64,000 nt of DNA, taken from Candidatus Bathyarchaeota archaeon (lineage in GTDB: Archaea; Thermoproteota; Bathyarchaeia; TCS64). The position numbers and the translations under genes were made by a program. Position 1 is the stretch's first letter, and each line of letters opens with the position of its first letter. The stretch is taken from NCBI GenBank assembly GCA_963780545.1, contig CAWACK010000016.1, positions 92,149 to 156,148 of the forward strand. The letters are read 5' to 3'. Positions 28,624-40,026 of this stretch are shown piece by piece. The notes beneath the pieces were generated by a model. That model searched no databases. It was not told the origin of the DNA and saw nothing but the letters and a program-made list of their open reading frames with translations.

Positions 28624-29877
28624 GTGCTAGATGTGGAGAGGAATGTCCTCGAAGAGATTGATGAAGACGCTATTGTAAAGACTGCGAGTGAATTAATTCA
28701 GATCCCCAGTGTAACAGGGAATGAATCAGATGCTCAGAGATATATTTCTAAGCTGATGATGGGCATCGGTCTCCAGACGGATGTCTGGGAGATCGATATC
28801 CCGGAGATGAGGAAGCATCCGGACTTCAGTATGGGTGTTGACAGAAAAGAGGGCCTCGGAGTCGTGGGAAGGCTCGCCTGTGGGAGTGGTAGGAGCCTCA
28901 TCCTCAACGGCCACATAGATGTAGTGTCTGCTGGTGACGAGTCGAATTGGACTTATCCTCCTTGGGGAGGTACCGTCGAGTCTGAACTGCTTTATGGCAG
29001 AGGCTCAGTCGACATGAAGGGTGGGCTCAGCTGCGCTCTCCACGCAGTGAAGGCCGTTGTCGAGTCGGGGGTGGACTTAGGAGGCGACGTTTTCGTCGAA
29101 AGCGTCGTAGGTGAGGAGGATGGCGGCATAGGCGCATTAGCCACGATTCTGCGAGGTTATAAGGCCGATGGGGCTGTAGTCGTTGAACCCACCGAGCTGA
29201 AGGTTGCCCCGGCGCAGGCTGGTTCACACTGCTTCAGGATCACCGTGAGGGGGAGTTCCGCTCACGCCTGCGTCAGAGAGGAGGGAGTGAGTGCCCTGGA
29301 GAAGTTTATGCCAATCTACGAGGCATTGATGAGGCTGGAGAGGAGACGCAACTCTGCTGTGGATGATCCTCTTTACTCTAGGTATCGTCTGCCGATTCCT
29401 TTGAATCTCGGTGTTGTTAAGTGTGGGAACTGGCCCTCATCCGTGCCGGAGGAGCTGGTTCTCGAAGGCCGATACGGGATAGGTGTAGACGAGGATGTCG
29501 CATCAGCTCATACGGTATTTATTAAGGCGGTGGCAGACGCGGTGGCCTCGGATGACTGGCTACGGAGTCACCCGCCTTTAGTTGAGTGGCGTGGAGGCCA
29601 ATTTAATCCTGCTAGAACGCCTACGGGGCATCGCCTGACGACTACGGTGGCGACTGCATACAGGGATGCCGCGGGGGTGGTACCGGTGTATGAGGGTGTT
29701 ACATATGGATCTGATATGCGTCACCTCGTTAATGTGGGTAATATTCCCACTGTTCTATTTGGGCCTGGGGATGTTAGGCTCTGTCACAGATCTGACGAGC
29801 ATGTGCCAATAAGCGATTTGGTCACGGCGACAAGGACTCTTGCCTTAACAATTCTTCGCTTCTGCTGCGGTTTATAA
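28624..29877 (+). CDS. M20-family metallopeptidase (ArgE/DapE/acetylornithine deacetylase-like)
   Basis: Metal-binding motifs are present: LNGHIDVV, GSVDMKGGLSCALHAV and VGEEDGGIG. The ORF uses a GTG start. Confidence 0.85.
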   Translation: MLDVERNVLEEIDEDAIVKTASELIQIPSVTGNESDAQRYISKLMMGIGLQTDVWEIDIPEMRKHPDFSMGVDRKEGLGVVGRLACGSGRSLILNGHIDVVSAGDESNWTYPPWGGTVESELLYGRGSVDMKGGLSCALHAVKAVVESGVDLGGDVFVESVVGEEDGGIGALATILRGYKADGAVVVEPTELKVAPAQAGSHCFRITVRGSSAHACVREEGVSALEKFMPIYEALMRLERRRNSAVDDPLYSRYRLPIPLNLGVVKCGNWPSSVPEELVLEGRYGIGVDEDVASAHTVFIKAVADAVASDDWLRSHPPLVEWRGGQFNPARTPTGHRLTTTVATAYRDAAGVVPVYEGVTYGSDMRHLVNVGNIPTVLFGPGDVRLCHRSDEHVPISDLVTATRTLALTILRFCCGL

Positions 29878-29912
29878 TGTGCTTGGATTGTGAATTGGTT
29901 AAATGAGGATAC

Positions 29913-30695
29913 CTATCTACCCTTGAAGACCGGCTTCCTCTTTTCTAGAAAAGCCTTCATTCCCTCTGCTTTGTCCTCGGTGTCGAAGCACATCGCGTAG
30001 AACTCCGCCTCCAACCTGTTTCCTTCTTCGAGGTTTCCATAGGAGCTGAAGTTTATGAGTCGCTTGCAATAGCCAATGGCTATAGGCGCACGCTCAAGTA
30101 TCTTCCCCGCTAACTTTTTAGTTTCCTCTAGAAGTTCCGCATGTTTAACCACCTTATTGGCGAGCCCAAACTTGAGTGCCGTCTCAGCGTCTATGCTTTC
30201 CCCAGTGAAGAATAGCTGTTTGGCCCTCTTCGGGCCAATTATCCTCGGTAGTCTTTGGGTTCCACCGAATGGTGTTGTTATGCCTAACCCTGGAGGGGGC
30301 TCACCAAAAAGCGCTTTCTCGGAAGCCACGACGATGTCACATGCGATGGCGAGGTCGCAGCCGGCTCCAAGGGCAAGACCATTGACGGCGGCGATTATAG
30401 GTTTAGGGAGGTTCTCCAACTTGTTGAGGATCCTGTGCGTCATATTAGCGAAGGAGGCTGCGTCGCTGCTATTCATGCCCAATAGAGCCCTTACGTCGCC
30501 GCCTGCCGAGAATGCCCGATCACCCTTCCCTGTGATTATCATCACCATCATTTCGTCTGTACTCGAAAAATCGTCAAGGGCTTGCTCGATCTCTTGGAAT
30601 GTGTCTCCGCGGAGAGCATTAAGCACGTCAGGCCTATTTATTTTGACTATAAGGGTTCTATTCTCTCTTTCTACGATTAGATCCTTGTATTGCAT
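29913..30695 (-). CDS. Enoyl-CoA hydratase/isomerase (crotonase superfamily)
   Basis: ...NRPDVLNALRG..., ...AFSAGGDV... and ...AAVNGLALGAGCDLAIACDI... are the oxyanion-hole signatures. Confidence 0.85.
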   Translation of the reverse strand: MQYKDLIVERENRTLIVKINRPDVLNALRGDTFQEIEQALDDFSSTDEMMVMIITGKGDRAFSAGGDVRALLGMNSSDAASFANMTHRILNKLENLPKPIIAAVNGLALGAGCDLAIACDIVVASEKALFGEPPPGLGITTPFGGTQRLPRIIGPKRAKQLFFTGESIDAETALKFGLANKVVKHAELLEETKKLAGKILERAPIAIGYCKRLINFSSYGNLEEGNRLEAEFYAMCFDTEDKAEGMKAFLEKRKPVFKGR

Positions 30696-30826
30696 AGTAT
30701 TCCAGTAAAGTAATTTGGTGTATCTATTATATTGTAATTCTGATGCATATGATATTCCAGCTAGTTGCGAGGATAATAGTTTAGAGATTTTTCGCGGAGA
30801 ATTGATTAGACGATCCAGACTCCATT

Positions 30827-32008
30827 ATGATTATGGGAATGTGGTCTTTAGAGTCTTTCCCCAGGATAGCGGTGGTCGTTGCCATCCTCGCTTTTCTGTC
30901 GGATTTCTGTAATAACGCCACTTCCCCAACGGTCTCCATTCTGGCCGTGAATCTAGGCGCTTCCTATGCATATGTTGGAACAATGGCAGCCGCCGCCTCC
31001 CTAACGAGTCTCATCTTAACCCAACCGGTTGGCATCCTGAACGACAGGCTGGATAAGCGGATCTTCCTAGTAACAGGATTCATGTGCTACGTAGTCTATT
31101 TCCTTCTCCTGATTATTGCGAGAAGCCCAACTGAGATCTTATTGGGGAAGGTCGCCTATGGTCTAGGTGCAGCGTTCTTCTACACAACAGCCGTTGCACT
31201 CGTCCTGACTGAGCGGGGGATCAGTAGGGGAACTTCGGTTGGGCTGTATGCAACCCTCATGGGAGCTGGCTTCTCATTAGGGCCCTTAGTCGGCGGTTTC
31301 GTTGCTGAGAAGGTGAGCTACTCGGCGAGTTACATGCTTTCAATCGCTTTCGCAGTAGTAGCCCTACCCCTAGCTTGGTGGGGAATCAGTAGGGAGGCAG
31401 CAGCGCCACCTCGAGTAAAAGAAGTCCGGACCATGAACATGCTTGAACTCGCACGGAATAGGGAGCTTCTACTGTCGTGTGTCGGAGGCTTCTTCGCGGC
31501 TGAGGCCATCGGGGTCGACATGAACTTCTTTCCAGTATACGGTAAGGGCCTCCTGCTCTCTGTAGGCTTAATTGGAACCATACTAGGCCTGAGAGCGGCT
31601 CTCTCAACCGTAGTCAGACTTCCCGTCGGCGGCGCGATGAGGCGTTTCGGAGTGAGGAAGTTTATGGCGGTCTCCCTCTTTCTTTGTGCTTTAGGTTTAT
31701 TCATGGTCCCACTCTTCGACCAAGTTTGGCTCCTCATCCTCTCCTTGGGTTTGGAAGGGATCGGATATGGAATGTTCCTAACAGCGTCGAACACGTATAT
31801 TGGCGAGGTTGTGCCGGAGGGGAGCAGGGGAAGTGCGGTGGGGTTCTATTACACGTTCTCAAACGTCGGAGGGGTAGTAAACATGACGATGATTGGGTTG
31901 ATCGCGAGTGCCTTCGGAGTTAACAACACCTTTAGGTACACTTCAGCAACTATCGTCTTAGGACTTATCATAATGTTTGTGCTGATGCGAAAAAGGGGCT
32001 CCAATTAG
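30827..32008 (+). CDS. MFS transporter
   Basis: 393 aa with 12 TM helices and MFS loop motifs. Confidence 0.75.
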   Translation: MIMGMWSLESFPRIAVVVAILAFLSDFCNNATSPTVSILAVNLGASYAYVGTMAAAASLTSLILTQPVGILNDRLDKRIFLVTGFMCYVVYFLLLIIARSPTEILLGKVAYGLGAAFFYTTAVALVLTERGISRGTSVGLYATLMGAGFSLGPLVGGFVAEKVSYSASYMLSIAFAVVALPLAWWGISREAAAPPRVKEVRTMNMLELARNRELLLSCVGGFFAAEAIGVDMNFFPVYGKGLLLSVGLIGTILGLRAALSTVVRLPVGGAMRRFGVRKFMAVSLFLCALGLFMVPLFDQVWLLILSLGLEGIGYGMFLTASNTYIGEVVPEGSRGSAVGFYYTFSNVGGVVNMTMIGLIASAFGVNNTFRYTSATIVLGLIIMFVLMRKRGSN

Positions 32009-32091
32009 CATCCACGTGATAGCGCTATTGACTCAATTGGTAACTTTTTGATAATTATAGTAATCAGAGCTTCTCGTGTGCTTGAATGGGA

Positions 32092-32409
32092 CTACTCGGC
32101 ATAATGACCAATTAGCTTCTGAATCAGTTTCGTACCCTTTTCCGTGATTTTCGTTTTGATGTAGGCGTTGTGGCGGGTGTACTTCCACTCAAGGTCAATT
32201 AGACCGGCGCTGGAGAGGCTCTCCAGAATCCTCTCTCGTCGAGTCATCTCTGATGACTCAACGCCCTGAAACCACAAAATAAAAGTCTCTGTTCCCTTAC
32301 TGGCGATATCAATTAATAATTCCTTGATCTGTGAAAGTTCGTCATCGAGTATCCTTTCTCTCATAGCGATCTTTCTATAGATCCCGTTAAGATCTTCCAA
32401 ACAAATCAC
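32092..32409 (-). CDS. Small winged-helix-like putative regulator (hypothetical)
   Basis: ...RERILESLSSAGLIDLEWKYTRHNAYIKTKITEKGTKLIQKL has a wHTH-like pattern. Confidence 0.35.
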   Translation of the reverse strand: MICLEDLNGIYRKIAMRERILDDELSQIKELLIDIASKGTETFILWFQGVESSEMTRRERILESLSSAGLIDLEWKYTRHNAYIKTKITEKGTKLIQKLIGHYAE

Positions 32410-32723
32410 TAGATTGATCTCAATGGATAGGCGAAGTTAAGCCTTCCTTCACGAGGGATCTTAAAAAACGAGATGATTAGACCCGAATTGGTGTCCTTTT
32501 TAGGAAGCGATAAGGTTACAGTGAGTTACTCTCAAATTTTAATTGTAAGGATATTTGAAGTTAAAATCTCCTCGCCGCTTGAATTTAACTTTAATAAAAT
32601 AACTACGCTTCCAAAAAACCACATGATGTAGTCTCTGATCTCACGTATCTAAGCAATAATGAAAGATCTTTCAACTTAGATTAAGAGCAAGCGCTTCGGG
32701 TACTCCGTTCGTTGTTTAATTGT

Positions 32724-34415
32724 TTAACAGCCAACGGCCCTTGATTCAAAGTTTGTGAGAGTGGTAGTAACGCCTCCATGGAGTAGCTTCGTCGCTGGGT
32801 CTCTGACGATCCCAACGGGTCTCGCCCAGCTTCTTAACTCCTCGTCAACCCAATCTAAGTCGTGGCCCATAGAGGAAAGCCTGTCCCTGACTGATGGTAG
32901 GAATCTGCTATCGATGAAGAGTCGCCCGGTCTCCCTTGTGCACCTCGGCGCCTCGATGGCCTCCTGTATTCCCATGCCGAAGTCGACTACGTGAAGTATT
33001 ACCTGGAGGACAGCTACTGGTATGTTTCTGCCGCCTGGTGCGCCGACGACGAGGATGGGTTCGCCGCCTCTGAGTAGGATTGTTGGGCAGACGTTCTGAA
33101 TCCTTCTCTTTCGACCATTAATTGAGTTGGCGTGCCCAGGCTCTGGGTTGAGCCCATACATCGCGTTGTTAAGTGTTATACCGGTCTTCGGAACGACGAC
33201 GCCTGAGCCAAAGATGTTTACGAGGGTATGGTTTACGCAGACCATGTTCCCCGCCTTATCTGCTGCTGCGAGGGCTGTTGTGTGGTCGGGCTCGAAGGGC
33301 CATGGTTTGCCGAAGTCGATCTTCGCCGCCTTATCGGGGCTCATTACTCGCCTAAGTTCGGATGCGTAGGGTTTCGATGCCAGTGCTCTCTGAGGCACCT
33401 TCACGTAATCTGGATCGCCTAGGTACTCGAAGCGGTCAGCGTAGGCTAGCCCGATGGTGTCACCTACGAGGTGGATGTGCTCTGCTGACCCGAAACCACA
33501 GTCGCGTAAGTCGTATCCCTCGAGGATGTTGAGCATCTCAATGAGAGTTGTTCCCGCGTGGGTTGGATCGTAGACGACGTTGTAGCCCCTGTAGTTGCCC
33601 GGCTCCGGCTCCGAGACTATTGGCTCGTACATAGCGAGGTCCTCACGGCTGATGAGGCCACCGTTTTTCGCCATCTCCTCGGCTATCGCTTCTGCTATCC
33701 ACCCCCTGTAGAAGACATCCCTTCCGCCCTCAGAGATGGCTTTTAGGCTTTTCGCTAGGTCCTTCTGTATGAGCATTTCGGGTTTAGGTATATCAGATGT
33801 GAATGGGATGTATGGGAACTGGCTGTCGTGTAGGAAAGTCTTCCTCCATTCTGGTAGGTGCCAGAAGGTTTTCATGCATTGGAATATGACGCCGGCTGTC
33901 CACCAGCCTACGGGGAAGCCTTCTTCGGCGATGCTTATTGCTGGTGCCATGACCTCCGAGAGCTTCATCGTGCCATGTCTTTCAAGTGCCTCCGTTAATC
34001 CCGCGACAGTGCCTGGTGTTACACACGCCTTGTGGCCAATCACATTCTCGTCTCCGATGACGCGTCTCCACCCCATCCAGCCGGGTTCCTTGTCTTCGGA
34101 GAGTGTGTACATGTTGGGTCTGCAGTCCTTCGAGGGCCTTCCGACGTAGTCTACTATCACGTTCTCGCCGGAGGCCATATGGATCGCCATGACTCCCTCG
34201 CCGCCAATTCCATTCATGGCGGGTTCGACTACGCAGTCCATGAAGGCGGCTGCCACCGCGGCGTCGACTGCGTTGCCACCGCGTCTGATCATTTTGCATC
34301 CTGCTTCACCGATTAGGGTGTGCTTCGAGGCGATCATCCCATTCGGGGCCACGGCATCGCGTCTACCGGGGCCACCCCAGCGCCTAAGTTGGTAGATGAG
34401 TTGAGAATCAGACAT
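32724..34415 (-). CDS. ggt: Gamma-glutamyltranspeptidase
   Basis: 563 aa. The autoprocessing and catalytic region ...AAADKAGNMVCVNHTLVNIFGSGVVVPKTGITLNNAM... matches the GGT T-nucleophile segment and glycine-rich motif. Confidence 0.85.
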   Translation of the reverse strand: MSDSQLIYQLRRWGGPGRRDAVAPNGMIASKHTLIGEAGCKMIRRGGNAVDAAVAAAFMDCVVEPAMNGIGGEGVMAIHMASGENVIVDYVGRPSKDCRPNMYTLSEDKEPGWMGWRRVIGDENVIGHKACVTPGTVAGLTEALERHGTMKLSEVMAPAISIAEEGFPVGWWTAGVIFQCMKTFWHLPEWRKTFLHDSQFPYIPFTSDIPKPEMLIQKDLAKSLKAISEGGRDVFYRGWIAEAIAEEMAKNGGLISREDLAMYEPIVSEPEPGNYRGYNVVYDPTHAGTTLIEMLNILEGYDLRDCGFGSAEHIHLVGDTIGLAYADRFEYLGDPDYVKVPQRALASKPYASELRRVMSPDKAAKIDFGKPWPFEPDHTTALAAADKAGNMVCVNHTLVNIFGSGVVVPKTGITLNNAMYGLNPEPGHANSINGRKRRIQNVCPTILLRGGEPILVVGAPGGRNIPVAVLQVILHVVDFGMGIQEAIEAPRCTRETGRLFIDSRFLPSVRDRLSSMGHDLDWVDEELRSWARPVGIVRDPATKLLHGGVTTTLTNFESRAVGC

Positions 34416-34717
34416 GATAACTGATCATCTCTTGTGTTTAAACCCCTTACTAGCGCGCACATTACTTATGGAGGCTCTGCCCGATAAGAATAGCAAAATG
34501 GCAATCCTAGCGCGCGCTTACACCAGCAGCTTTCCTCTGCCCACAATTGCCATATCATCTACTGTAACAGCCGTATTGGCGATAGATGACCACCATTGGT
34601 CAGTTGCAACGTTTTTTCCATCTATTACTTCATCGCTGCCGAAACCAATAGCAACCCCACCTAGGACCTTATCATCTTGTGTGAAACCATACCGAATGTT
34701 CGGGTTCAGACCTAATC

Positions 34718-35043
34718 CTAAGAAGGCGGATCGCCCGGCATCCCTCCCACTTCCTCTAAGTATCTTTCTAATACCTTGGCTCCTCGAGTTGCATTGAACT
34801 GGAAGATCCGCCCATTCTTCACATTAATCACAAGGTTCTCAATCACTTCATTGCCCAGACGAACAGAGGCATCGTATACTATTCTACCCTCGACACTTTC
34901 TTCATCCATCGAGACTTCTAGTGATCCTGCGGGAAGAAATGTGATCTTTCCATCCAGAGCCATTTGATGCGTGGCAATTCCATCGGATATTTCAAGAGGC
35001 CTATGGTCGAGAGTAAGGCTCATTTGTGCCGCGCGCGCCATCT
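34718..35043 (-). CDS. Hypothetical protein (ATG at 35041-35043 embedded in a GCGCGCGC motif; ORF track extends to 35119)
   Basis: MARAAQMSL... gives a 108-aa ORF. The start is uncertain and no confident family could be assigned. Confidence 0.3.
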
Positions 35044-35832
35044 TCGCAAATACTTGAGTTACTTTGTAATTTATTGTTCTGGTTGTTTGATCTCTACGCA
35101 TTTTTCTATTTGGTTGCATTTTACAGCCAAGTTTCCCCCGTGTTCAGGGGTAGAATGGAAGGTATATACGCAGCTCCCCGCCTCATCAAGCTGTAGCTCG
35201 GAGAAGGCTGTAATCTTGATTGTTACGTTTGAGGCTCCATGGTAATGCTGTTCCATTAAGTTTGACGTTGTAGGTTCCCTTTGGAACATCTTTTAGAGTG
35301 TATTGTGCCACGCCATTCACTACCTCGGCTTCTTTAGAGATCCAGAGTAGAAATTTGGCGGCTATTTTCATTGTCTCCACGTTTTTTGCCTCGATAAATA
35401 GTCGGTTTTTCGGCCAAGGTACGTGAACTTTATTGATTTGCATATGAATGTTTCTATCTACGATTGGTAATGTTTGCTCGTAATTGATCTCAACTGGAAC
35501 CCTCTCTTCGCATTCCCCTTTAATTTTTATATCGATTTGGTCCCCCGGTTTTGGGTTTTTGGTGTGATTTCTATTTCTTGAACCAAAGGCATGAATTTAT
35601 ATTGCGTCGCGAGCATTATAACTGAGCCCTTTTTAAATGACGTTAAAATATTGCCAGCGTTTATCTGTTTGTGTTGAGTTCTTAATTAAGATAGAGAGAT
35701 AACCGCACAGCATTCGAACTACTTCTTTACATAAATCAATATGCCGTTTATTGTCCCTCTGGGTGCCTCAGATGTCCCTTCAATTTTCTCGCGGCACTCG
35801 ATTTAAACACTGGGACTCCAATCTGACAACCA

Positions 35833-37356
35833 TTGGCTCCCCCTATAATGCGGCTTAAGGAAATTGCTTCTATACTATCGAGGTATGGCTTCGAGATCAC
35901 GATACGCGACGTGATCCCGATGAGGGTAAGAGGGAAACTCAATAAACAAGATCAAGAGATTGTGAACCTTAACATCTACAGGCGTTTTCGCCTCGCAATC
36001 CAGGAGTTGGGTCCGGTATTCGTTAAGTTTGGTCAGATAATGAGCACACGTCCGGAATTGATGCCAGCTGAATTGATACAAGAGTTGAAGATGCTCAACG
36101 ACAAGGTCGAGCCTGTTCCATTCGGAGAAATCAGGTCACTTATAGAGGCGCACACTGGCCCCATTGAAGATCGCTTTATATATCTTAATGAGCGCGCCTT
36201 CGCAGCGGCTAGCCTCAGCCAGGCACACCAAGGGAAGCTGAAGGACGGATCGGTCGTTGTCTTGAAGGTACAACGTCCAGGGATAAGGAAGCAAGTTGCT
36301 GTCGATCTAAGTATACTCAAGTACTTAGCGGATAAAGTCGACTCGGCGTTTGTTGATTTAAAAATATACAATTTCCCCGGAATAGTTGAGGACTTCTCGA
36401 GGCAGATTGCAGCTGAGCTTGATTTCATACGAGATGGGAAAAACGCGGATCTTTTGGCTAAAAACATGAGGGGAGTAAAGGGTATCCGTGTACCCAAGAT
36501 CTACTGGGAGTACTCGGGGCGCAGCATCCTGGTTATGGAGTACATCCGCGGTGTTCGCATTGACTATATTTATGGGCTGAAAAAGATGGGGGTGGACACT
36601 CATGAGATCGCCCTCACCGGATTACACGCTTATTTGAAGCAGATATTCCAGGATGGATTCTTCCACGGTGATCCTCACCCAGGCAACTTGTTGGTGACGC
36701 CGAAGGGGGACATCGTCTTCCTTGATTTTGGTCTGGTGGGCATCCTTCGACCCGAGAAAAGGGATCTGTTGCTGAGAATGCTGCTCGGAGTCATCAACTC
36801 GGATGTGAACGATCTAGTTCGAGTCTTTGATGAGTTGGGGATGAAGATTAATGACCAATGGGTGGACTCCTTCAAGGATGATCTATACCTCGGCCTGATG
36901 GAGAGTGAGAATTCTGACCCAGGGAAGCCAAGTACGGATGCATTCGTGGGTGTTACAGATACGATGAGGAAGTATCATCTCCAGGTTCCGAAGGTGGCGG
37001 TGCTCATGATCAAGGTGATCATGATGCTTGGCGATGATATCTCAAAGCTCTATCCTGAGTTCAACTTCTTGGTCGAGGTTCGCCCCTATTTAGGGGATAT
37101 TTTGAGGGATAGTGTTCTAAGCCAAGCGAGAAAGACTGTTAATGACCTTTCAGGCATGCAGCAGGAGATTTTTGAATTCCCACAAAATCTAAATGAGGCT
37201 AGTAAGAGAATTTCGATCGGTGGTTTCAGGTTCAGATTCGTGAAAGATGACATTTATCAATTCGAAAGAAGAATCGATAGAGCTGGTTACAGGATTCTAC
37301 TTGGCTTGGTTCTCGCCTCTGTTTTAATTGGTCTAAGTTCAATGGTTTTTACGTGA
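35833..37356 (+). CDS. ubiB: ABC1/UbiB-family atypical kinase
   Basis: ...FAAASLSQAHQGKLKDGSVVVLKVQRPGI... is the aarF-domain VAIK-like lysine region. HGDPHPGNLLV is the catalytic loop and DFGLVG the DFG motif. A C-terminal TM helix is present. Confidence 0.85.
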   Translation: MAPPIMRLKEIASILSRYGFEITIRDVIPMRVRGKLNKQDQEIVNLNIYRRFRLAIQELGPVFVKFGQIMSTRPELMPAELIQELKMLNDKVEPVPFGEIRSLIEAHTGPIEDRFIYLNERAFAAASLSQAHQGKLKDGSVVVLKVQRPGIRKQVAVDLSILKYLADKVDSAFVDLKIYNFPGIVEDFSRQIAAELDFIRDGKNADLLAKNMRGVKGIRVPKIYWEYSGRSILVMEYIRGVRIDYIYGLKKMGVDTHEIALTGLHAYLKQIFQDGFFHGDPHPGNLLVTPKGDIVFLDFGLVGILRPEKRDLLLRMLLGVINSDVNDLVRVFDELGMKINDQWVDSFKDDLYLGLMESENSDPGKPSTDAFVGVTDTMRKYHLQVPKVAVLMIKVIMMLGDDISKLYPEFNFLVEVRPYLGDILRDSVLSQARKTVNDLSGMQQEIFEFPQNLNEASKRISIGGFRFRFVKDDIYQFERRIDRAGYRILLGLVLASVLIGLSSMVFT

Positions 37357-37505
37357 AGAACATCTTGTCACCCCAGTACCTTGGAGCAATGATTGGGGTC
37401 TATATTGCGTCGATCCTTATCGCAGCCATTTCAGCATTTTATATGTTGAAAAGTAGATAAGGTCGTTGTCTTCTTTAGGCGATCTTGTTTTCTGAGGGTC
37501 AGGTT

Positions 37506-38012
37506 TCATCTGGTGAATTCACTTACGGCTAAGACCTTTTCTGCTAGCCTGTTTGCCTCCCTGAGATAGTCCTCTTCCTTGAGGTCGGTCCAATCGCGGC
37601 CTGGCAGCACTCCCTTAAGGTAGATTGTCTCAATGAAGTTGCATCCTCGTTCCATTGCTTTGCGTCGCAGTTTTTCAAGGGCTTTAGGGTTTGTTGCGTT
37701 AGCTCCAACTAGACCTAATACGACTCGTTTTCCTTTAAGATCTATCTTACTGAGTAATTCAATCATGGCTTGTGTGGGTTTTCCCTTCCAGATGGGAGTC
37801 AGTAAGATTATGGGGTCGAATTTAACAACAATCCCGTCGAGTTCTACCCCACTGTCTTTTCGAGCATAACGTCTTATGGGGAGTCTTCCCCTCCAGCCTT
37901 TTGGTTCACCTATTCTTCTGCTTTCGGCGTTAATAATTGGCAGAACGATCTCAACAATCTTAGCTGTTGTTCCTGTTTTGCTGTAGTAGATAATTAGTGG
38001 TTTTGAGATCAT
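37506..38012 (-). CDS. Flavodoxin-like fold protein
   Basis: MISKPLIIYYSKTGTTAKIVEIV is the flavodoxin N-terminal phosphate-binding loop. Length is 168 aa. Confidence 0.55.
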   Translation of the reverse strand: MISKPLIIYYSKTGTTAKIVEIVLPIINAESRRIGEPKGWRGRLPIRRYARKDSGVELDGIVVKFDPIILLTPIWKGKPTQAMIELLSKIDLKGKRVVLGLVGANATNPKALEKLRRKAMERGCNFIETIYLKGVLPGRDWTDLKEEDYLREANRLAEKVLAVSEFTR

Positions 38013-38225
38013 TATAATGACTAATTTGCCCGCAATGGTAATAATATGTTTATCTTAGGCTCGAGTGCGAAGTTGGAAGTTAACTAGCTCACTGGTACCT
38101 TATTAAATCGATATACATTTGTTTGTAAAGACCTTCCAGAATTGTGTATCCTTCAACCTATGTTAGAATAATCTTCAAACGCAAGCTTGGTTAAGGATAT
38201 AGGAAAATGTAGATAGGTCTGGGCA

Positions 38226-39426
38226 ATGAAATCTCTGAAACTACGTGAAGTGTCGATACTTTTCTTTGTCGGTTCGACTCATTTTCTTATCCACGTTCTC
38301 AGCCAATTGTTGCCAGCTGTTTTACCGGTTATAAGAAGTGAGATGGGTTTAACTTTGACTCAGGCGAGCTTACTCATCTCAATCCCCTTAATGGTCCAGG
38401 TATTTGCCTATCTGCCGGTTGGTTTCGCATCTAGGAAAAATGGAACATTTCTCCTCACTTTAAGCTTGGTATTGACTGCAGTTGGGGCGGTAATCATCCC
38501 TTTAGCCAGTAGTTATGGGATCATCTTACTCGGTTTTGGGCTTCTCGGATTAGGACAGACCATGTATCATCCACCAGCTTTCCAGATTGCTGGCGAAACT
38601 GAACCTAGCAGACTTGGATTAGTCATGGGTGTACAGATGGCGGGGGGAAGTCTAGGTTCAGCAGTTGGTCCCATCACGCTAGGTATCATCCTTTTTGCGT
38701 GGGGTTGGAGGGCTGGTTTCTATATTTGGGTTCCTTTGATACTCCTAGGTACTGTTTACGTCTTTTATTTCATGCATCGAACCTTAAAACCCAAAGTCGT
38801 CGATACTTCTCAGGCCTCACTTGGAAATGTTTCACGATTCCTTCTTAACAGAGGTTTTCTGATGGTCGTTACCATAAGCGCAATAATTGAGGCTTCTTCT
38901 ATGATTTTGTTGACCTATCTGACTAGTTACTTGACTGCCGTTTTGGGATTATCTGCCTCTCTAGCGAGCTTAATCTTCGGGTTTGGAGCATTATTGGGCA
39001 TAGCGGGCTCCCTCTTAGGTGGGAGTTACCGGAGATACATTTGGGAATTACAGATCGATAACGTTGGTTGCGGTGTTGATGGTGGTTTCAGTGGCGCTAA
39101 TTCCTGTTTTCAGTAGCATTATTTTGGTTGCATTTTTCTTCGTAATCTGGAGGGGGCTCTACTCGGCTTCTATGCCAATTGTGAACTCTCTTGTTGTGTC
39201 TCATAGTGAACCTCAGACTAGGACGATGGCTTTTAGCGTCAATTTCTTAGTTTCAAGTCTCACAGATGCGATAGTTCCTGTTGCGACATCGATAGCTATA
39301 GAGGGTCGACTGGGAGCAATATTTCCAATATCTGTTCTGACTATGCTTCCAGGTATAGTGTTAGCTATATATCTTGGAGGACTAGCAAGGCGAAAAGGCA
39401 GTATACTGGCTTCGCACGCGATGTGA
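38226..39426 (+). pseudogene. MFS transporter interrupted by a +1 frameshift near 39020-39045 (two ORFs 38226-39116 and 39019-39426)
   Basis: Both ORFs have MFS-type TM helices. The conserved loop ...GSLLGG|VTGDTFGNYRSITLVAVLMVV is only continuous across the frame change. Confidence 0.5.
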
Positions 39427-39609
39427 GCATATCTTGTCTCCACGGGTGCTGATGCGCTTGGAAATGTTGATGTTTATGCTTGTGTTGCTAAGGATTCTAG
39501 CGGAGGATGAGTATTATCCATAAATTATATGAATTGCCCTAAGGGCTAGTTTAGTGGTTGGGTAATAGCATATCCGTACATGTATGAGTAAAACTCAGAA
39601 AATAAAATA

Positions 39610-39903
39610 GTGGAAAATATGTATAGAAATGGACAATCGCCGTCTAAAGATCGGTTGAAAGAATTTCAAGAAATCGTTGAGAAATTTAGGTTAAAGGGCG
39701 CTACTAGCAGTGATAGAGCAATGACCATCGAAGAAATTGGTTTGCCTCCGGTTTTTAAAGAGATGATGGGCAGACGCCTTGGTGGGTCAGGTATTATTGT
39801 AGAGGTTAACGGGAAGTACTATCTTTCTGAGCTGCGTTTGAAAGAAGTTAAGGATACGTTTTCAAGGCGTAGAAATGGCGGCTTTCAAGTTTCAGTTGAT
39901 TAA
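39610..39903 (+). CDS. Hypothetical small protein
   Basis: 97-aa ORF with no recognised motif. Confidence 0.3.
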   Translation: MENMYRNGQSPSKDRLKEFQEIVEKFRLKGATSSDRAMTIEEIGLPPVFKEMMGRRLGGSGIIVEVNGKYYLSELRLKEVKDTFSRRRNGGFQVSVD

Positions 39904-40026
39904 TTCATTTACTCTAATATTTGAGGCAACTTCCCTTTTTTTAGATAAAGGTGCCTGTGGCTAATCCCCGTTGAGCCAAATTATTTATAAAATTGGCCAA
40001 TATCCCTTAGACGATGTAAAATAGAT

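Noticed and set aside
35044-35560. Cluster of short overlapping minus-strand ORFs (35071-35289, 35186-35443) upstream of the 34718-35043 ORF; possible degraded gene
   Set aside because: Three frames are used within 250 bp and I found no convincing family signature. This may be another indel-affected gene, but I could not reconstruct a coherent product.
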